In this document: positions 20,233 through 30,222 of the stretch, in pieces
Layout: each line of letters opens with the position of its first letter
How positions within the stretch are numbered: position 1 is the stretch's first letter
Assembly: GCA_902491535.1 (NCBI GenBank)
Contig: CABUHS010000010.1
Coordinates: forward strand, 6,541-70,540
From: an uncultured Eubacteriales bacterium
GTDB lineage: Bacteria > Bacillota > Clostridia > Oscillospirales > CAG-272
DNA: 64,000 nucleotides
Direction of reading: 5' to 3'
The notes under the pieces: model-generated
Database searches by the model: none
Seen by the model: the letters and a program-made list of their open reading frames with translations, nothing else
Told to the model about the DNA's origin: nothing
Made by a program: the position numbers and the translations under genes

Positions 20233-21579
20233 TTACTCGCTTTTCTTTTTGCCGGAGGATACGATAAGATTTACTATAATACCTACGATAAGAGCGGTTG
20301 CGATATTTGTTACGGTTATCGGACCGAACTGAAGCTGAAGTCCGCCGATTCCGGTTACGAGAATAGCGCTTACAACGAAAAGATTTTTCGAATCTCCGAG
20401 GTCAACGTCCTGTATCATCTTGAGACCGCTGACTGCAATAAAACCGTACAGCGCAATGCAGATACCGCCGACAACGCATACCGGAATTGTATTTACGAAT
20501 TCAACAAACGGAGTAAAGAAGGAAAGAAGCATTGCAAATACTGCGGTGAGAGCAATGGTGTATACCGAGGCGTTTCCTGTAATGGCGATGCATCCGACGC
20601 TTTCGCCGTATGTTGTGTTTGGACATCCGCCGAAGAAAGAGCCGACGATAGATCCGATACCGTCGCCGAGAACTGTGCGGCAGAGGCCGGGCTCTTTGAT
20701 AAGGTCACGGTCTATTACAGACGAAAGGTTTTTGTGGTCTGCAATATGTTCTGCGAAAACTACAAGCGCTACAGGAGCGAACAGAACAAGTATCTGAGCA
20801 AAATCTGCCATGCCGCCTGCGAGGGATGCGCCGTCTTTAAACATTTCTACGAAGTTAAATTTCGGAACTGAGAAGAAGCTCTGTACTGTTATTGTTTTGA
20901 AATTCTCTGTCAGAGGTGTGAAGTCGACAAGTTTAAGCGATTCGATACCGGACGCATTTCCGATAAGAGTGCAGATGACCGCAGCAATATATCCTGCGAT
21001 TACTCCGATTATGAACGGTATAAGGCGAAGTGTTTTGTTACCCTTTACAGATGCAAGAACGATAGCTATGAAAGAGATCAGACCGCAGAGTATAGCTGCG
21101 AGGTTATAGTCGCCTGCGGAGGTATTGTTTACGTTTGAAATGGCCGATGTACAGAGAGTAAGTCCGATGAGTGCAACTGTCGGTCCGATTATTACTTTCG
21201 GCAGAAGCTTATCTACCCAGCCGATACCGACGAGTTTGATTATTACTGCAATTATAACATATACAAGACCTGCTATTACCGCGCCGAGGAATATTCCGAA
21301 ATATCCGAAAACGCATGCGCTCGCGAGCGGTGAAATGAATGCGAATGAGCTGCCGAGGAATACGGGGCTTTTCATCTTTGTGAAGAGCAGATAAACGACC
21401 GTTCCTGCACCGGCTCCGAAAAGTGCTGCCGCCTGGCTCATCATTTCCGTTTCCGAAATGTTGTTTACCAGTGTTGGTACGAGCAGTGTCGCCGCGATTA
21501 TCGCAAGCAGCTGCTGCAGCGCAAACACTACGTTTTCGCCGAATCTCGGCTTGTCCTCTACGTTGTAAATAAGTTTCAT
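20233..21579 (-). CDS. pyrP: Uracil permease (NCS2 / uracil-xanthine permease family)
   Basis: 448 aa, polytopic membrane protein with NCS2-like sequence, located downstream of pyrR. Confidence 0.85.
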   Translation of the reverse strand: MKLIYNVEDKPRFGENVVFALQQLLAIIAATLLVPTLVNNISETEMMSQAAALFGAGAGTVVYLLFTKMKSPVFLGSSFAFISPLASACVFGYFGIFLGAVIAGLVYVIIAVIIKLVGIGWVDKLLPKVIIGPTVALIGLTLCTSAISNVNNTSAGDYNLAAILCGLISFIAIVLASVKGNKTLRLIPFIIGVIAGYIAAVICTLIGNASGIESLKLVDFTPLTENFKTITVQSFFSVPKFNFVEMFKDGASLAGGMADFAQILVLFAPVALVVFAEHIADHKNLSSVIDRDLIKEPGLCRTVLGDGIGSIVGSFFGGCPNTTYGESVGCIAITGNASVYTIALTAVFAMLLSFFTPFVEFVNTIPVCVVGGICIALYGFIAVSGLKMIQDVDLGDSKNLFVVSAILVTGIGGLQLQFGPITVTNIATALIVGIIVNLIVSSGKKKSE

Positions 21580-21615
21580 GAGGATACCTCCGTGTAAAAT
21601 ATTAAATTTACAAAA

Positions 21616-21631
21616 CGGTGATTATTCACCG
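21616..21631 (-). terminator. Weak hairpin plus U-run between pyrR and pyrP (possible second attenuator)
   Basis: On the minus strand, cggtga-ataa-tcaccg is followed by ttttg. No clear PyrR box was seen next to it. Confidence 0.3.
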
Positions 21632-21661
21632 ATAATGTTCTGGGAAATATGCCTGTACAGA

Positions 21662-22201
21662 TTATTCTCCGTACAGCTCAACACCCGTGCGGTCGTCATA
21701 CGGGGGGAGCATTACTGCCACACGTTCGCTTGCTGCGGTCGGAATACTTTTACCGATATAGTCTGCACGGAACGGCAGCTCCCTGTGACCGCGGTCGATC
21801 AGAATGGCAAGCTTTATGGCTTTCGGTCTGCCGGATGAAAACAGTGCTTCTATTGCCGCGCGTACCGTCCGCCCGGTATACAGCACGTCGTCAACGAGAA
21901 CGATGCATTTATCGGCGACATCAAACGGGAGTTCAGTTCCGTTTACGATCGGATTCTCCTGTATCTTTCTGAGATCATCCCGATAGAATCCGACATCGAT
22001 CGCACCGCATGGAATGTCGGTTCCCTCTGATAGTCGAATGTTTTCGGCTATCATTTCGGCGAGGACCTCGCCGCGCCTTTTTATTCCTACTATACAAAGA
22101 TCCTGAGTCCCTTTGTTTTTTTCAACTATTTCATATGATATCCGCCTTACGGTGCGCCGCATTGTATCGCCGTCCATTATTGACGCTTTGAGTATGGACA
22201 T
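21662..22201 (-). CDS. pyrR: Bifunctional pyrimidine operon regulator / uracil phosphoribosyltransferase PyrR
   Basis: 179 aa with PRTase motif VLVDDVLYTGRT and a PyrR-like N-terminus (ILKASIMDGDTMRRTVRRISYEIVE). Confidence 0.9.
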   Translation of the reverse strand: MSILKASIMDGDTMRRTVRRISYEIVEKNKGTQDLCIVGIKRRGEVLAEMIAENIRLSEGTDIPCGAIDVGFYRDDLRKIQENPIVNGTELPFDVADKCIVLVDDVLYTGRTVRAAIEALFSSGRPKAIKLAILIDRGHRELPFRADYIGKSIPTAASERVAVMLPPYDDRTGVELYGE

Positions 22202-22280
22202 CGGTGTTCTCCTTTCGCTGTGACGGGTGTCAGCGTTTTATCAGTTTGTTTCGTCTGATTTCTAAGTATTTATATTAAAT

Positions 22281-22405
22281 AAAAAATCTTACCTTTTATA
22301 TAAACAGGTAAGATGGGATCGCATTTTTAACTGTAAGTACACCTTCCTGTGTCTTACGGAATAATATATTGTATATCTTCGTAAATCTTGCGGTCTCTCT
22401 GTACC
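22281..22405 (-). promoter_or_regulatory. PyrR-responsive transcription attenuator (leader of pyrR-pyrP)
   Basis: On the minus strand the leader has GGUACAGAGAGACCGCAAG (plus-strand 22391-22405), which resembles the PyrR-binding loop core CAGAGAG. Next comes a terminator hairpin atcttacc...ggtaagat plus a U-run (plus-strand 22281-22314), upstream of the pyrR RBS. Confidence 0.6.
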
Positions 22406-22431
22406 AATATTAAAGATTCAATTACGTCCAA

Positions 22432-22460
22432 AGTATAACATTTCTTTTACAAAATGTCAA
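22432..22460 (-). promoter_or_regulatory. Sigma-A type promoter for pyrR-pyrP
   Basis: On the minus strand, TTGACA (22455-22460), a 17-nt spacer, then TATACT (22432-22437). Confidence 0.6.
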
Positions 22461-22792
22461 CCTTTTCGACAAAAAAAGATAACTTTTTAATATTTATAAT
22501 AAACGGACAATAAAATTGTTGCAAATGGCTGACGAATATGATAAAATAAAACTCAGACAAGAGTTCCTAGTTTGGGAAGAATGTCGCGTTATATTGGCAG
22601 CGGATTATATTATCGCAGGTCTGATATAAATCTGCAGAGGTCTGTTTTTGACGCGTCAGATGATGTGTCAGCTTCTTTACTGAACTCCAATCGGGAATAT
22701 TTTATAGCGGAATTACTGCCATACAGTTTGTTTTTCGTTATGTTATTACGTGTGAATAAAAATTATCAAAATATATAAAAGGAGTACATATT

Positions 22793-23677
22793 ATGATCTA
22801 TACACTCGAAAACGATTTTATTGCTATTGAAGTAAACGACATTGGTGCGGAGCTTTTTTCTCTTAAAACCAAGTCGGACGGTTTTGAATATCTTTGGCAG
22901 GGCGATCCCGAATATTGGTCGGGACGTGCGTACAATCTTTTTCCCATATGCGGACGTTTGACTGAAGGAAAGTACACATATCGTGGTAAGACATACGAAA
23001 TGAATCTGCACGGATTTGCGCGCAAGACTAAATATACGTATGTAGGAAAAACAGATAACACAATGACATTTGAACTTGTTTCTGACGATGTGTCGCGTGC
23101 TGTTTACCCGTTTGATTTCAGGCTCGTTATCAGATATGAGCTTGACGGATCGACGGTTAAGACAGTATTTGAAGTATACAATACCGGTTCAGATGAGCTT
23201 ATATATGCCATAGGCGGTCACCCGGGATTCAATCTTCCTCTGGGCGGCGGAGAATCTTTTGAAGATTATGTACTTGATTTCGGTGAGTCACGCACGGATG
23301 TAAAAAAGAATGTCATGAGTGAGACCTGCTATTTATTGCCTGAATCTGAAGACTTTTCGCTTGAGGACGGACATCTGCTTCCGCTCAGACACAGCATGTT
23401 TGATAATGATGCTATCTTTTTATATAACACTACCGGAGATGTTACACTGCGTTCTGTAAATGGAATCGGCAAATCGGTAAATGTTCATTTTCCGGAAATG
23501 AAATATGTCGGATTCTGGCACAAGCCTCTTACATCTGCACCTTATGTGTGCATAGAGCCGTGGACGAGTGTACCTGCATATGACGGAGTTATAGATGATT
23601 TTGATACGAAACGCGATATGATGCGTCTTGCTCCCGGCGGTTGCTATAAATCGGATTTTACCGTTACTGTTAAATAA
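22793..23677 (+). CDS. Aldose 1-epimerase family protein (LacX-like)
   Basis: 294 aa with galactose-mutarotase-like motifs (NLFPICGRL, GGHPGFNLPL, EPWT). Confidence 0.8.
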   Translation: MIYTLENDFIAIEVNDIGAELFSLKTKSDGFEYLWQGDPEYWSGRAYNLFPICGRLTEGKYTYRGKTYEMNLHGFARKTKYTYVGKTDNTMTFELVSDDVSRAVYPFDFRLVIRYELDGSTVKTVFEVYNTGSDELIYAIGGHPGFNLPLGGGESFEDYVLDFGESRTDVKKNVMSETCYLLPESEDFSLEDGHLLPLRHSMFDNDAIFLYNTTGDVTLRSVNGIGKSVNVHFPEMKYVGFWHKPLTSAPYVCIEPWTSVPAYDGVIDDFDTKRDMMRLAPGGCYKSDFTVTVK

Positions 23678-23769
23678 TAGATTCCTGAAAAAAATTATCT
23701 GCCGCGCACTTATCCGGTGCGCGGTCAGATTACAGTCATGTACGAATCAGTATTTTTAAGGAAGGTAAA

Positions 23770-24771
23770 ATGAATAATCGCAGAATTACTATAGTTCTTA
23801 TCATATTTATTATTGCAGTGATTGCTGTAGCGGCGTTATTCGCAGGGATATTATCAGGTCGCGGATCGGATATTCCGACTGTTGCGGAAACTGACCGCAA
23901 TTTAGGTATGCAGACCGAACGTATTCCCGAAAGACCGATTAAAATAACAGAGCCGGCGGATGATTCAACCGGAATTACTGCGACCGACATTCCTGATATT
24001 ACAACCGCCGAGACTAAAACTCCGTTGCCGCCCGTTACAGAGCCGGATACAACTGCTCAGCATATATCAAAGCCGCCTGTATATACAGCGGTGTATCCTC
24101 CCGCTGAACCTATTGTAATTGTTGACGCCGGACACGGATTCGGCGATCCCGGATGTATACCTGAGCTTCTCGGAGGACTTACCGAAAAGGAGCTTACTCT
24201 TGATATGGCAGGCGTGCTTTGCAGAAAGCTTGAGGCTAAAGGATTTAAGACGCTGATGGTTCATAACGGGAAAGATTTCCCGTCATTCTCGAGGCTTTGC
24301 AGACTTGCTGACAGCCTCGGTATTGAATATGAAGTCGAAAAATTTGAAGATAATAATGTATTCAGTCCGTATGAAAGATCGATTTACGCGAACTGCCTTG
24401 CAGCTCAGCACGGCGGCGCTGCCGTCTATATATCGATTCATGTGAACACAATAGAAAATAATCCCGATTATTCCGGATTTGAGATAGATTACTGTGTTGA
24501 TAATCCTTATTCTGACTTTTCAAAGCAGTATTTTGACGGCATAATTTCCGAAATAAAGAAAAATTATCCCGCTGACAGGATAAAAGCGTTTGAGGACAGC
24601 TGGGAAATGGGATTTGTCGTAACAAAGCATACCCGAATGCCGTCGGTTTTGTTCGAAACAGGATTTGCAACGAATAAGTCTGATGCTGCACGGCTGTTAG
24701 ATGCCGGCGAGCGGGATAAGCTTATGCAGTCGCTTGCCGATGCGATCGGTAAGGTTTGGAAAAGTTTTTAA
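23770..24771 (+). CDS. Membrane-anchored N-acetylmuramoyl-L-alanine amidase (Amidase_3)
   Basis: 333 aa with an N-terminal TM helix, a Pro/Thr-rich linker, then an Amidase_3 core (IVIVDAGHGFGDPG ... ISIHVN ... PSVLFETGFATNKSDA). Confidence 0.85.
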   Translation: MNNRRITIVLIIFIIAVIAVAALFAGILSGRGSDIPTVAETDRNLGMQTERIPERPIKITEPADDSTGITATDIPDITTAETKTPLPPVTEPDTTAQHISKPPVYTAVYPPAEPIVIVDAGHGFGDPGCIPELLGGLTEKELTLDMAGVLCRKLEAKGFKTLMVHNGKDFPSFSRLCRLADSLGIEYEVEKFEDNNVFSPYERSIYANCLAAQHGGAAVYISIHVNTIENNPDYSGFEIDYCVDNPYSDFSKQYFDGIISEIKKNYPADRIKAFEDSWEMGFVVTKHTRMPSVLFETGFATNKSDAARLLDAGERDKLMQSLADAIGKVWKSF

Positions 24772-24987
24772 GGAACACAAGAGAATATAGTTTTAAATTA
24801 TATTTCGGCGGTAAATTGGCTGTTTTAGGGAGTTTTGACGTTTTTGTTCGACAAAATTCATTATTTTCCTTTACAATACGACATATATGTGTTATACTTC
24901 TTTCATCGAAAGTAATAAAAACGTTTTTTTTTGACAGGGAACTGTTTCAGACAATAAAATAAAGCAAACGAATCGGAGGGATTCTGC

Positions 24988-27360
24988 GTGAAAAGATTGT
25001 TGTCTTTGCGTCCCGCGTGCTTCGTTTGCTTATTCTATATTGTATCGTCTTTCGTTACTGCCGCGTTATTTATCCTCTCTGATTTTTATTATGCTAAAAT
25101 ACTTTTGGCGGCTTCTGCCGCCGTTTTTCTTTTAACGGTAATTTTGTATATTGCGAATCGTTTTATATTATGCGATTTTTCAGTTTCAAATGTTATCGTA
25201 TGTGCTGTGGGTGCTGCTGCTTTGGGTGTTATGCTTTCGTCGTGGCAATTCGGTATTCGTGCCGATATGATCGTATCAAATTATTCCGGAGAAAATCAAA
25301 CGGTTGAATTTACAGTCAAAAATGTAAACAGTAGGACTCCGTACAGATCGGTTTATGATATAGAAATAATTTCGATAAGCGGAGACCGTGTATCTTTGGA
25401 CGCTGTTCTTAAAACTTCCGGAGACGGCATGCTATCAGTGGGTGATATTGCAGTTGCAACCGGTAATATTTCAGAAAATATCAGACACGGTGATACTGTC
25501 GCAGCAAAGCTGTCATATGCCGCTGATAAAAAAATTGTTGAATTCAGTATACCGGAGCAGTCGAATTCCGGTACCGGAAATATTATCGTAAAAGGAGAAG
25601 ATACTTCGATTTTATCGTTGCCTGACAGACTGCGCAGTCATTTCTCCGATATTTTAAAAATTCGTATCGGAAAAGCTGCTCTCGGATTGCCTTCGGCGGT
25701 ACTTCTCGGCGACAAAAGCAGTCTTTCTGCGTCGGTCAGACGGGATTTCTCCGCAGTCGGAGCATCTCATCTGCTTGCAGTCAGCGGAACGCATCTTTCG
25801 GTAATAATCGGTTCTCTTGATATTATTATTAAGAAGGTCAAAGTCGATAGGAGAATAAGAAATGTAACGGTGATAGCGGCGGCATTTTTCTTTGCCGCGC
25901 TTACCGGATGTTCCGCATCGGCGCTCCGCGCTGCGGCAATGCTGACGTTTACGAGACTTGCACCCATGTTCGGAAGAAGGAGCGATCCGGCTACTTCGCT
26001 TTGTACAGCGGTCGCTGCTATTTTACTTTTTGACCGTTCAGCTGCTGCTGATATTGGTTTGCTTTTGTCATTTTGTTCAACACTCGGTATAGTTACGGTA
26101 GGAACAAAACTTGGAATTATTCTTGAATTGTTCTGTAAGCGGATTGAAGGTATAAAAGAAAATGTCCCTTTTTCTTTTGTACGCACGGTGTTATCGGGAA
26201 CTGTCTCATATTTTGGCTCTATTACGGTTATGAGTATATCTGCAACAGTATTTTCGTTGCCTATTGTTGCGGTGCTTTTCGGGTTTCCGTTGGCTTCGGC
26301 TCTTGTTGCGAATTTATTGCTTGTACCTCTTATTACTGTTATTATTTCTGTAACGCCGCTTGCCCTTTTGACCGGAATTTTTGCTCCGGTCGGAAATATC
26401 GCAGCATCACTTTCCACATCTGTTTCTGTACTTTCCATATCGGCGGCGCGCTTTATGGCTGATATTGGTAATAGCAGAGTGTATTTGGCGGTATCTCTTT
26501 CTGTTATTTCCGTAATAGCGGTTTTGGTATGTGTTAGTATATTCAGAAATCAGCATATTGACCGCAACTCTCGTAAAAAGATCGCAATCTCGCTTGCAGC
26601 ATACGCCATGGCTGTTTGCATTACGGTTTCGGGAGTAGTTGCTCAGTATGTCGGATATTCTGACGGATGTCACGCTGTATTTGTATCTGACGGAGAAAAT
26701 GACGGGTTCGTTATTTCGGACAGTGGAACCGATATCCTTATTGATATATCGGACGGAAGCAAGTCTGCTGCCGAGAGGACTATGTCGGCTGTTTCAGACG
26801 GAGTTCCGGAGGTGATCGTGCTTACACAGATTAAAAGTAAGCATATTTCGACGATCGGAGATATCTTATCGAAAAAACAGGTACAAACACTTTTTATTCC
26901 GTCAGACTGTCCTTCATCGGATAGAAATACTCTGGCTTTGCTTGTCCGCGCAGCAGAAAATGCAGGAACTGAAGTTGTTTTTTATCAGGGAGGAGAGCAG
27001 GTTGAATTCGGAAGAACCGGACTTATTATGCCGTTGCTGAGGTATGACGGCGAATCAGATTCCGGATATGAGGCGATGCTCGGTATAATGTGCGACGGCG
27101 AAGCGGCGATCGAATATATATCCGGAGCATTGCAGAACGTCAATTTTATTGACGGTATTCCGTTTATGCCACGATACGCTGTTATCGGTTCTTACAGATC
27201 AGCGCACGAAGCTCCGCTTTATTATCATAAGGCGGGAATCGAAACAATTGTATTTGCATCAGGAAATATAAAATATTATAACACGAATGCCGGAGATACC
27301 GAAACAGCGCATGTTGTACTCGGAAAAGCTATTGATCGGTATATGTTTGATCTTGATTAG
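24988..27360 (+). CDS. comEC: ComEC/Rec2 family DNA internalization channel protein
   Basis: 790 aa with a GTG start. It has many TM helices and a Competence-domain motif (GASHLLAVSGTHLSVI). The C-terminal beta-lactamase-like region appears to lack a clear HxHxDH motif. Confidence 0.85.
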   Translation: MKRLLSLRPACFVCLFYIVSSFVTAALFILSDFYYAKILLAASAAVFLLTVILYIANRFILCDFSVSNVIVCAVGAAALGVMLSSWQFGIRADMIVSNYSGENQTVEFTVKNVNSRTPYRSVYDIEIISISGDRVSLDAVLKTSGDGMLSVGDIAVATGNISENIRHGDTVAAKLSYAADKKIVEFSIPEQSNSGTGNIIVKGEDTSILSLPDRLRSHFSDILKIRIGKAALGLPSAVLLGDKSSLSASVRRDFSAVGASHLLAVSGTHLSVIIGSLDIIIKKVKVDRRIRNVTVIAAAFFFAALTGCSASALRAAAMLTFTRLAPMFGRRSDPATSLCTAVAAILLFDRSAAADIGLLLSFCSTLGIVTVGTKLGIILELFCKRIEGIKENVPFSFVRTVLSGTVSYFGSITVMSISATVFSLPIVAVLFGFPLASALVANLLLVPLITVIISVTPLALLTGIFAPVGNIAASLSTSVSVLSISAARFMADIGNSRVYLAVSLSVISVIAVLVCVSIFRNQHIDRNSRKKIAISLAAYAMAVCITVSGVVAQYVGYSDGCHAVFVSDGENDGFVISDSGTDILIDISDGSKSAAERTMSAVSDGVPEVIVLTQIKSKHISTIGDILSKKQVQTLFIPSDCPSSDRNTLALLVRAAENAGTEVVFYQGGEQVEFGRTGLIMPLLRYDGESDSGYEAMLGIMCDGEAAIEYISGALQNVNFIDGIPFMPRYAVIGSYRSAHEAPLYYHKAGIETIVFASGNIKYYNTNAGDTETAHVVLGKAIDRYMFDLD

Positions 27361-27405
27361 ATAACGGTAAACTCTTTGTTTTTCTGATAAATTTCAGAAA
27401 AACAA

Positions 27406-27434
27406 TTGACAAAACACGAAAAAGCACTTATAAT
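27406..27434 (+). promoter_or_regulatory. Consensus sigma-A promoter far upstream of the polyamine operon
   Basis: TTGACA (27406-27411), a 17-nt spacer, then TATAAT (27429-27434), 460 nt before the speA ATG. Confidence 0.7.
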
Positions 27435-27439
27435 AGAAT

Positions 27440-27819
27440 ACGGATTGCATCTCCATATAGAGTCTTTCCAAGCGATTATTACGGACCACTCATTCAGAGT
27501 TGAGGCCATACGGACAGCCGGGTCCACTGCCGATTGGCGGTATCTGCCGCCTTATTGATTGAGTTAAAAGCTCAAATTTTATAAGTTGGTTACTTTATAA
27601 CCGAAATGCGTATTTACGCAGACTTGTGAAACGGTCAATAAAGAGTAGTAAAAGTTTTATTGCTATATAGACTCTATAAACCCGCATATCCGTTATGGCA
27701 TTATACCTTATTATAGGTCAATTATGTCACTGTTTTGAATTTTGTAATAATTACAGTCAAAATCAATGTTATAGGATATTAACGCAAGCTGTGTAAAAGC
27801 AGCCTGCGTTTTTATTTTT
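27440..27819 (+). promoter_or_regulatory. Long structured 5' leader / candidate cis-regulatory RNA ending in an intrinsic terminator
   Basis: A long-range helix pairs 27440-27465 with 27669-27693 (acggat/atccgt, tgc/gca, tatagagtct/agactctata). Internal hairpins lie at 27483-27525, 27536-27551, 27559-27575, 27588-27602 and 27607-27620. The terminator at 27781-27819 has an 11-bp stem and tttttattttt. Confidence 0.5.
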
Positions 27820-27893
27820 GATTCGGATACAGTCAGACTAAGACAAAATTTATTACATTCTGCAGCTGGACGCATGGCAGAACGGAGATTGAT

Positions 27894-29354
27894 ATGGAAA
27901 AGAAAAAATTTGAACTCGACCAAAAAAGAGCGCCGATCTATGAAGCGCTGCAAACATTTCGTCACATGCGTGTTGTTCCGTTTGACGTTCCGGGACACAA
28001 ACACGGAAGGGGCAATCCTGAGCTGACGGCGTTTCTGGGAGAGCAATGTGTCAGCATAGACGTAAACAGCATGAAACCGCTTGATAACCTGTGCCATCCG
28101 ATCTCTGTTATAAAAGAAGCGGAGGTTCTCGCAGCCGATGCTTTCGGAGCAGCTCATGCCTTCTTAATGGTCGGTGGAACAACAAGCTCTGTTCAAAGTA
28201 TGGTACTGTCTACCTGTAAAAGAGGAGATAAGATCATATTGCCGAGAAATGTCCACCGAAGCGTTATAAACGCCCTTGTTCTCTGCGGAGCTATACCGGT
28301 ATATGTCAATCCCGAAGTAGATCTCCGTCTCGGAATTTCTCTGGGAATGCGGCGCGAACAAGTCGCAAAAGCTATTGCCGAAAATCCTGATGCGGTAGCG
28401 GTTCTTGTGAATAATCCTACCTATTACGGTATTTGCAGTGATATTAAAGAGATTGTAAAAATGGCGCACGGTGCAGGAATGTACTGCCTCGCCGACGAGG
28501 CTCACGGTACACATTTCTATTTCGGAGACAGCATGCCTGTTTCCGCTATGGAAGCCGGAGCAGATATGGCGGCAGTGTCGATGCATAAAAGCGGAGGCAG
28601 TCTCACGCAGTCAAGCCTGCTTCTTATAGGCCCGAATGTAAATTCAGGTCATGTAAGACAGATAATAAATCTGACGCAAACCACGTCCGGCAGCTATCTT
28701 TTGATGTCGAGCCTTGATATAAGCAGACGTAATCTTGCGCTGAGAGGAAAAGAAGTATTTTTGTCAGTTATCCGTATGGCGGATTATGCCCGTGAGGAAA
28801 TAAATGCGCTCGGCGGATATTACGCTTTCGGAAAAGAGCTTATAAACGGTAATTCAGTATTCGATTTTGATCCGACAAAGCTAAGTGTTCATACGCGTGA
28901 CATCGGACTTGCAGGTATTGAGGTCTATGATATTCTCAGAGACGAATATGATATCCAGATCGAGTTCGGAGATATCGGAAATATACTTGCGTATCTGTCT
29001 ATAGGCGACCGTCCGCAGGAGCTTGAGAGACTTGTAAGTGCGCTTGCGGAGATCAGACGGAGATATCAGAGAAGCACAAGCGGACTGCTGAGTCAGGAAT
29101 ATATCGATCCGGAAGTCGTTACAAGCCCTCAGGAAGCATTTTATGCCGATAAGAAAAGCATTCCGATAAAAGAGAGCGCAGGCTATGTATGCAGTGAATT
29201 TGTAATGTGCTATCCTCCGGGGATCCCGATTCTTGCTCCCGGTGAAAAGATCACTGCAGATATACTTGATTACATCGAATATGCAAAAATAAAAGGATGT
29301 TCTATGACCGGACCTGAAGATCCCGACATTCTGAATATCAATGTTTTGCAGTAA
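27894..29354 (+). CDS. speA: PLP-dependent Orn/Lys/Arg decarboxylase, probably arginine decarboxylase (Bacillus SpeA type)
   Basis: 486 aa. The fold-type I decarboxylase major domain carries SMHKSGGSLTQSS (PLP lysine). It is first in an operon with agmatinase and spermidine synthase. Confidence 0.7.
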   Translation: MEKKKFELDQKRAPIYEALQTFRHMRVVPFDVPGHKHGRGNPELTAFLGEQCVSIDVNSMKPLDNLCHPISVIKEAEVLAADAFGAAHAFLMVGGTTSSVQSMVLSTCKRGDKIILPRNVHRSVINALVLCGAIPVYVNPEVDLRLGISLGMRREQVAKAIAENPDAVAVLVNNPTYYGICSDIKEIVKMAHGAGMYCLADEAHGTHFYFGDSMPVSAMEAGADMAAVSMHKSGGSLTQSSLLLIGPNVNSGHVRQIINLTQTTSGSYLLMSSLDISRRNLALRGKEVFLSVIRMADYAREEINALGGYYAFGKELINGNSVFDFDPTKLSVHTRDIGLAGIEVYDILRDEYDIQIEFGDIGNILAYLSIGDRPQELERLVSALAEIRRRYQRSTSGLLSQEYIDPEVVTSPQEAFYADKKSIPIKESAGYVCSEFVMCYPPGIPILAPGEKITADILDYIEYAKIKGCSMTGPEDPDILNINVLQ

Positions 29355-29364
29355 GGAGATAGAA

Positions 29365-30216
29365 ATGGAACTTTGGTTCAGTGAATTTCACACAAAGGAC
29401 GTAAAGCACAGCATACGCGTAAACCGGCATCTGTATTCGCACAAAAGCGATTACCAGCAAATAGATATCTTTGACACTCCCGAATTCGGAAGAGTTTTAA
29501 CCCTTGACAATAATGTCATGCTTACCGAACGCGATGAATTTATATATGACGAGATGATCACACATGTTCCTATGGCAGTACATCCCAATATACAGGACGT
29601 ACTGGTAATAGGTGCAGGAGACGGCGGCGTTGTCCATGAGCTTGCACGGTATGAAAAGGTAAGAAGGATCGACCTTGTTGAGATGGATCCTCAGGTTATA
29701 GAAGCCTGCCGTACTTATCTTCCCGAAAATGCCTGCCGTCTTGACGATAAGCGTGTTCATATCTATTTTGACAACGCGCTGCGTTTTATAAGGCGGTGCA
29801 AAGATCAGTACGACCTGATAATTGTTGATTCGACCGATCCTTTCGGTCCTTCCGAAGGATATTTTACCCGCGAATTTTACGGGATATGCTATAATGCTCT
29901 TCGAGAAGACGGTATTATGGTCAATCAGCAGGGAAGTCCTTTTTATAAGCATGACGCGGAAGCTATGCAGAGAAGCCACCAAAGGATCGCAAGTACATTT
30001 CCGATAAGCCGTGTATATCAGGCTCATATCCCGACATACGCCGCAGGATACTGGCTTTTCGGCTTTGCAAGTAAAAAGTATCATCCGATAGATGATCTGA
30101 ATACGGAAAGTTGGCTGGCTTTGAATTTACAAACACAGTATTATACAACAAAATTACATGTCGGAGCATTTTATCTTCCCGCTTTTCTCGAAAAAATGCT
30201 TAAGGAGGTCGAATAA
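29365..30216 (+). CDS. speE: Spermidine synthase (polyamine aminopropyltransferase)
   Basis: Start chosen at MELWFSEFHT, after an AAGGAG RBS. Motifs are VLVIGAGDGGVVHEL and IIVDSTDPFGPSE. Confidence 0.85.
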   Translation: MELWFSEFHTKDVKHSIRVNRHLYSHKSDYQQIDIFDTPEFGRVLTLDNNVMLTERDEFIYDEMITHVPMAVHPNIQDVLVIGAGDGGVVHELARYEKVRRIDLVEMDPQVIEACRTYLPENACRLDDKRVHIYFDNALRFIRRCKDQYDLIIVDSTDPFGPSEGYFTREFYGICYNALREDGIMVNQQGSPFYKHDAEAMQRSHQRIASTFPISRVYQAHIPTYAAGYWLFGFASKKYHPIDDLNTESWLALNLQTQYYTTKLHVGAFYLPAFLEKMLKEVE

Positions 30217-30222
30217 AGAACC

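Noticed and set aside
22572-22778. 68-aa plus-strand ORF upstream of the aldose epimerase gene
   Set aside because: It has a non-ATG start, no RBS and low-complexity sequence, and it lies in a promoter-like AT-rich intergenic region.
27440-27693. Assignment of the structured RNA as 6S RNA, a T-box or a known riboswitch
   Set aside because: The closing helix is reminiscent of 6S RNA. However, the element is about 255 nt, I could not derive a convincing central bubble, and it sits in a leader followed by a terminator and an operon. No signature sequences of the riboswitch classes I can recall are present. It is kept as an unclassified candidate.
27695-27796. 33-codon Cys-rich ORF as a genuine leader peptide
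   Set aside because: No Shine-Dalgarno sequence precedes the ATG. The stop-in-terminator-loop geometry is suggestive, so it is noted in the leader finding, but it is not annotated as a CDS.
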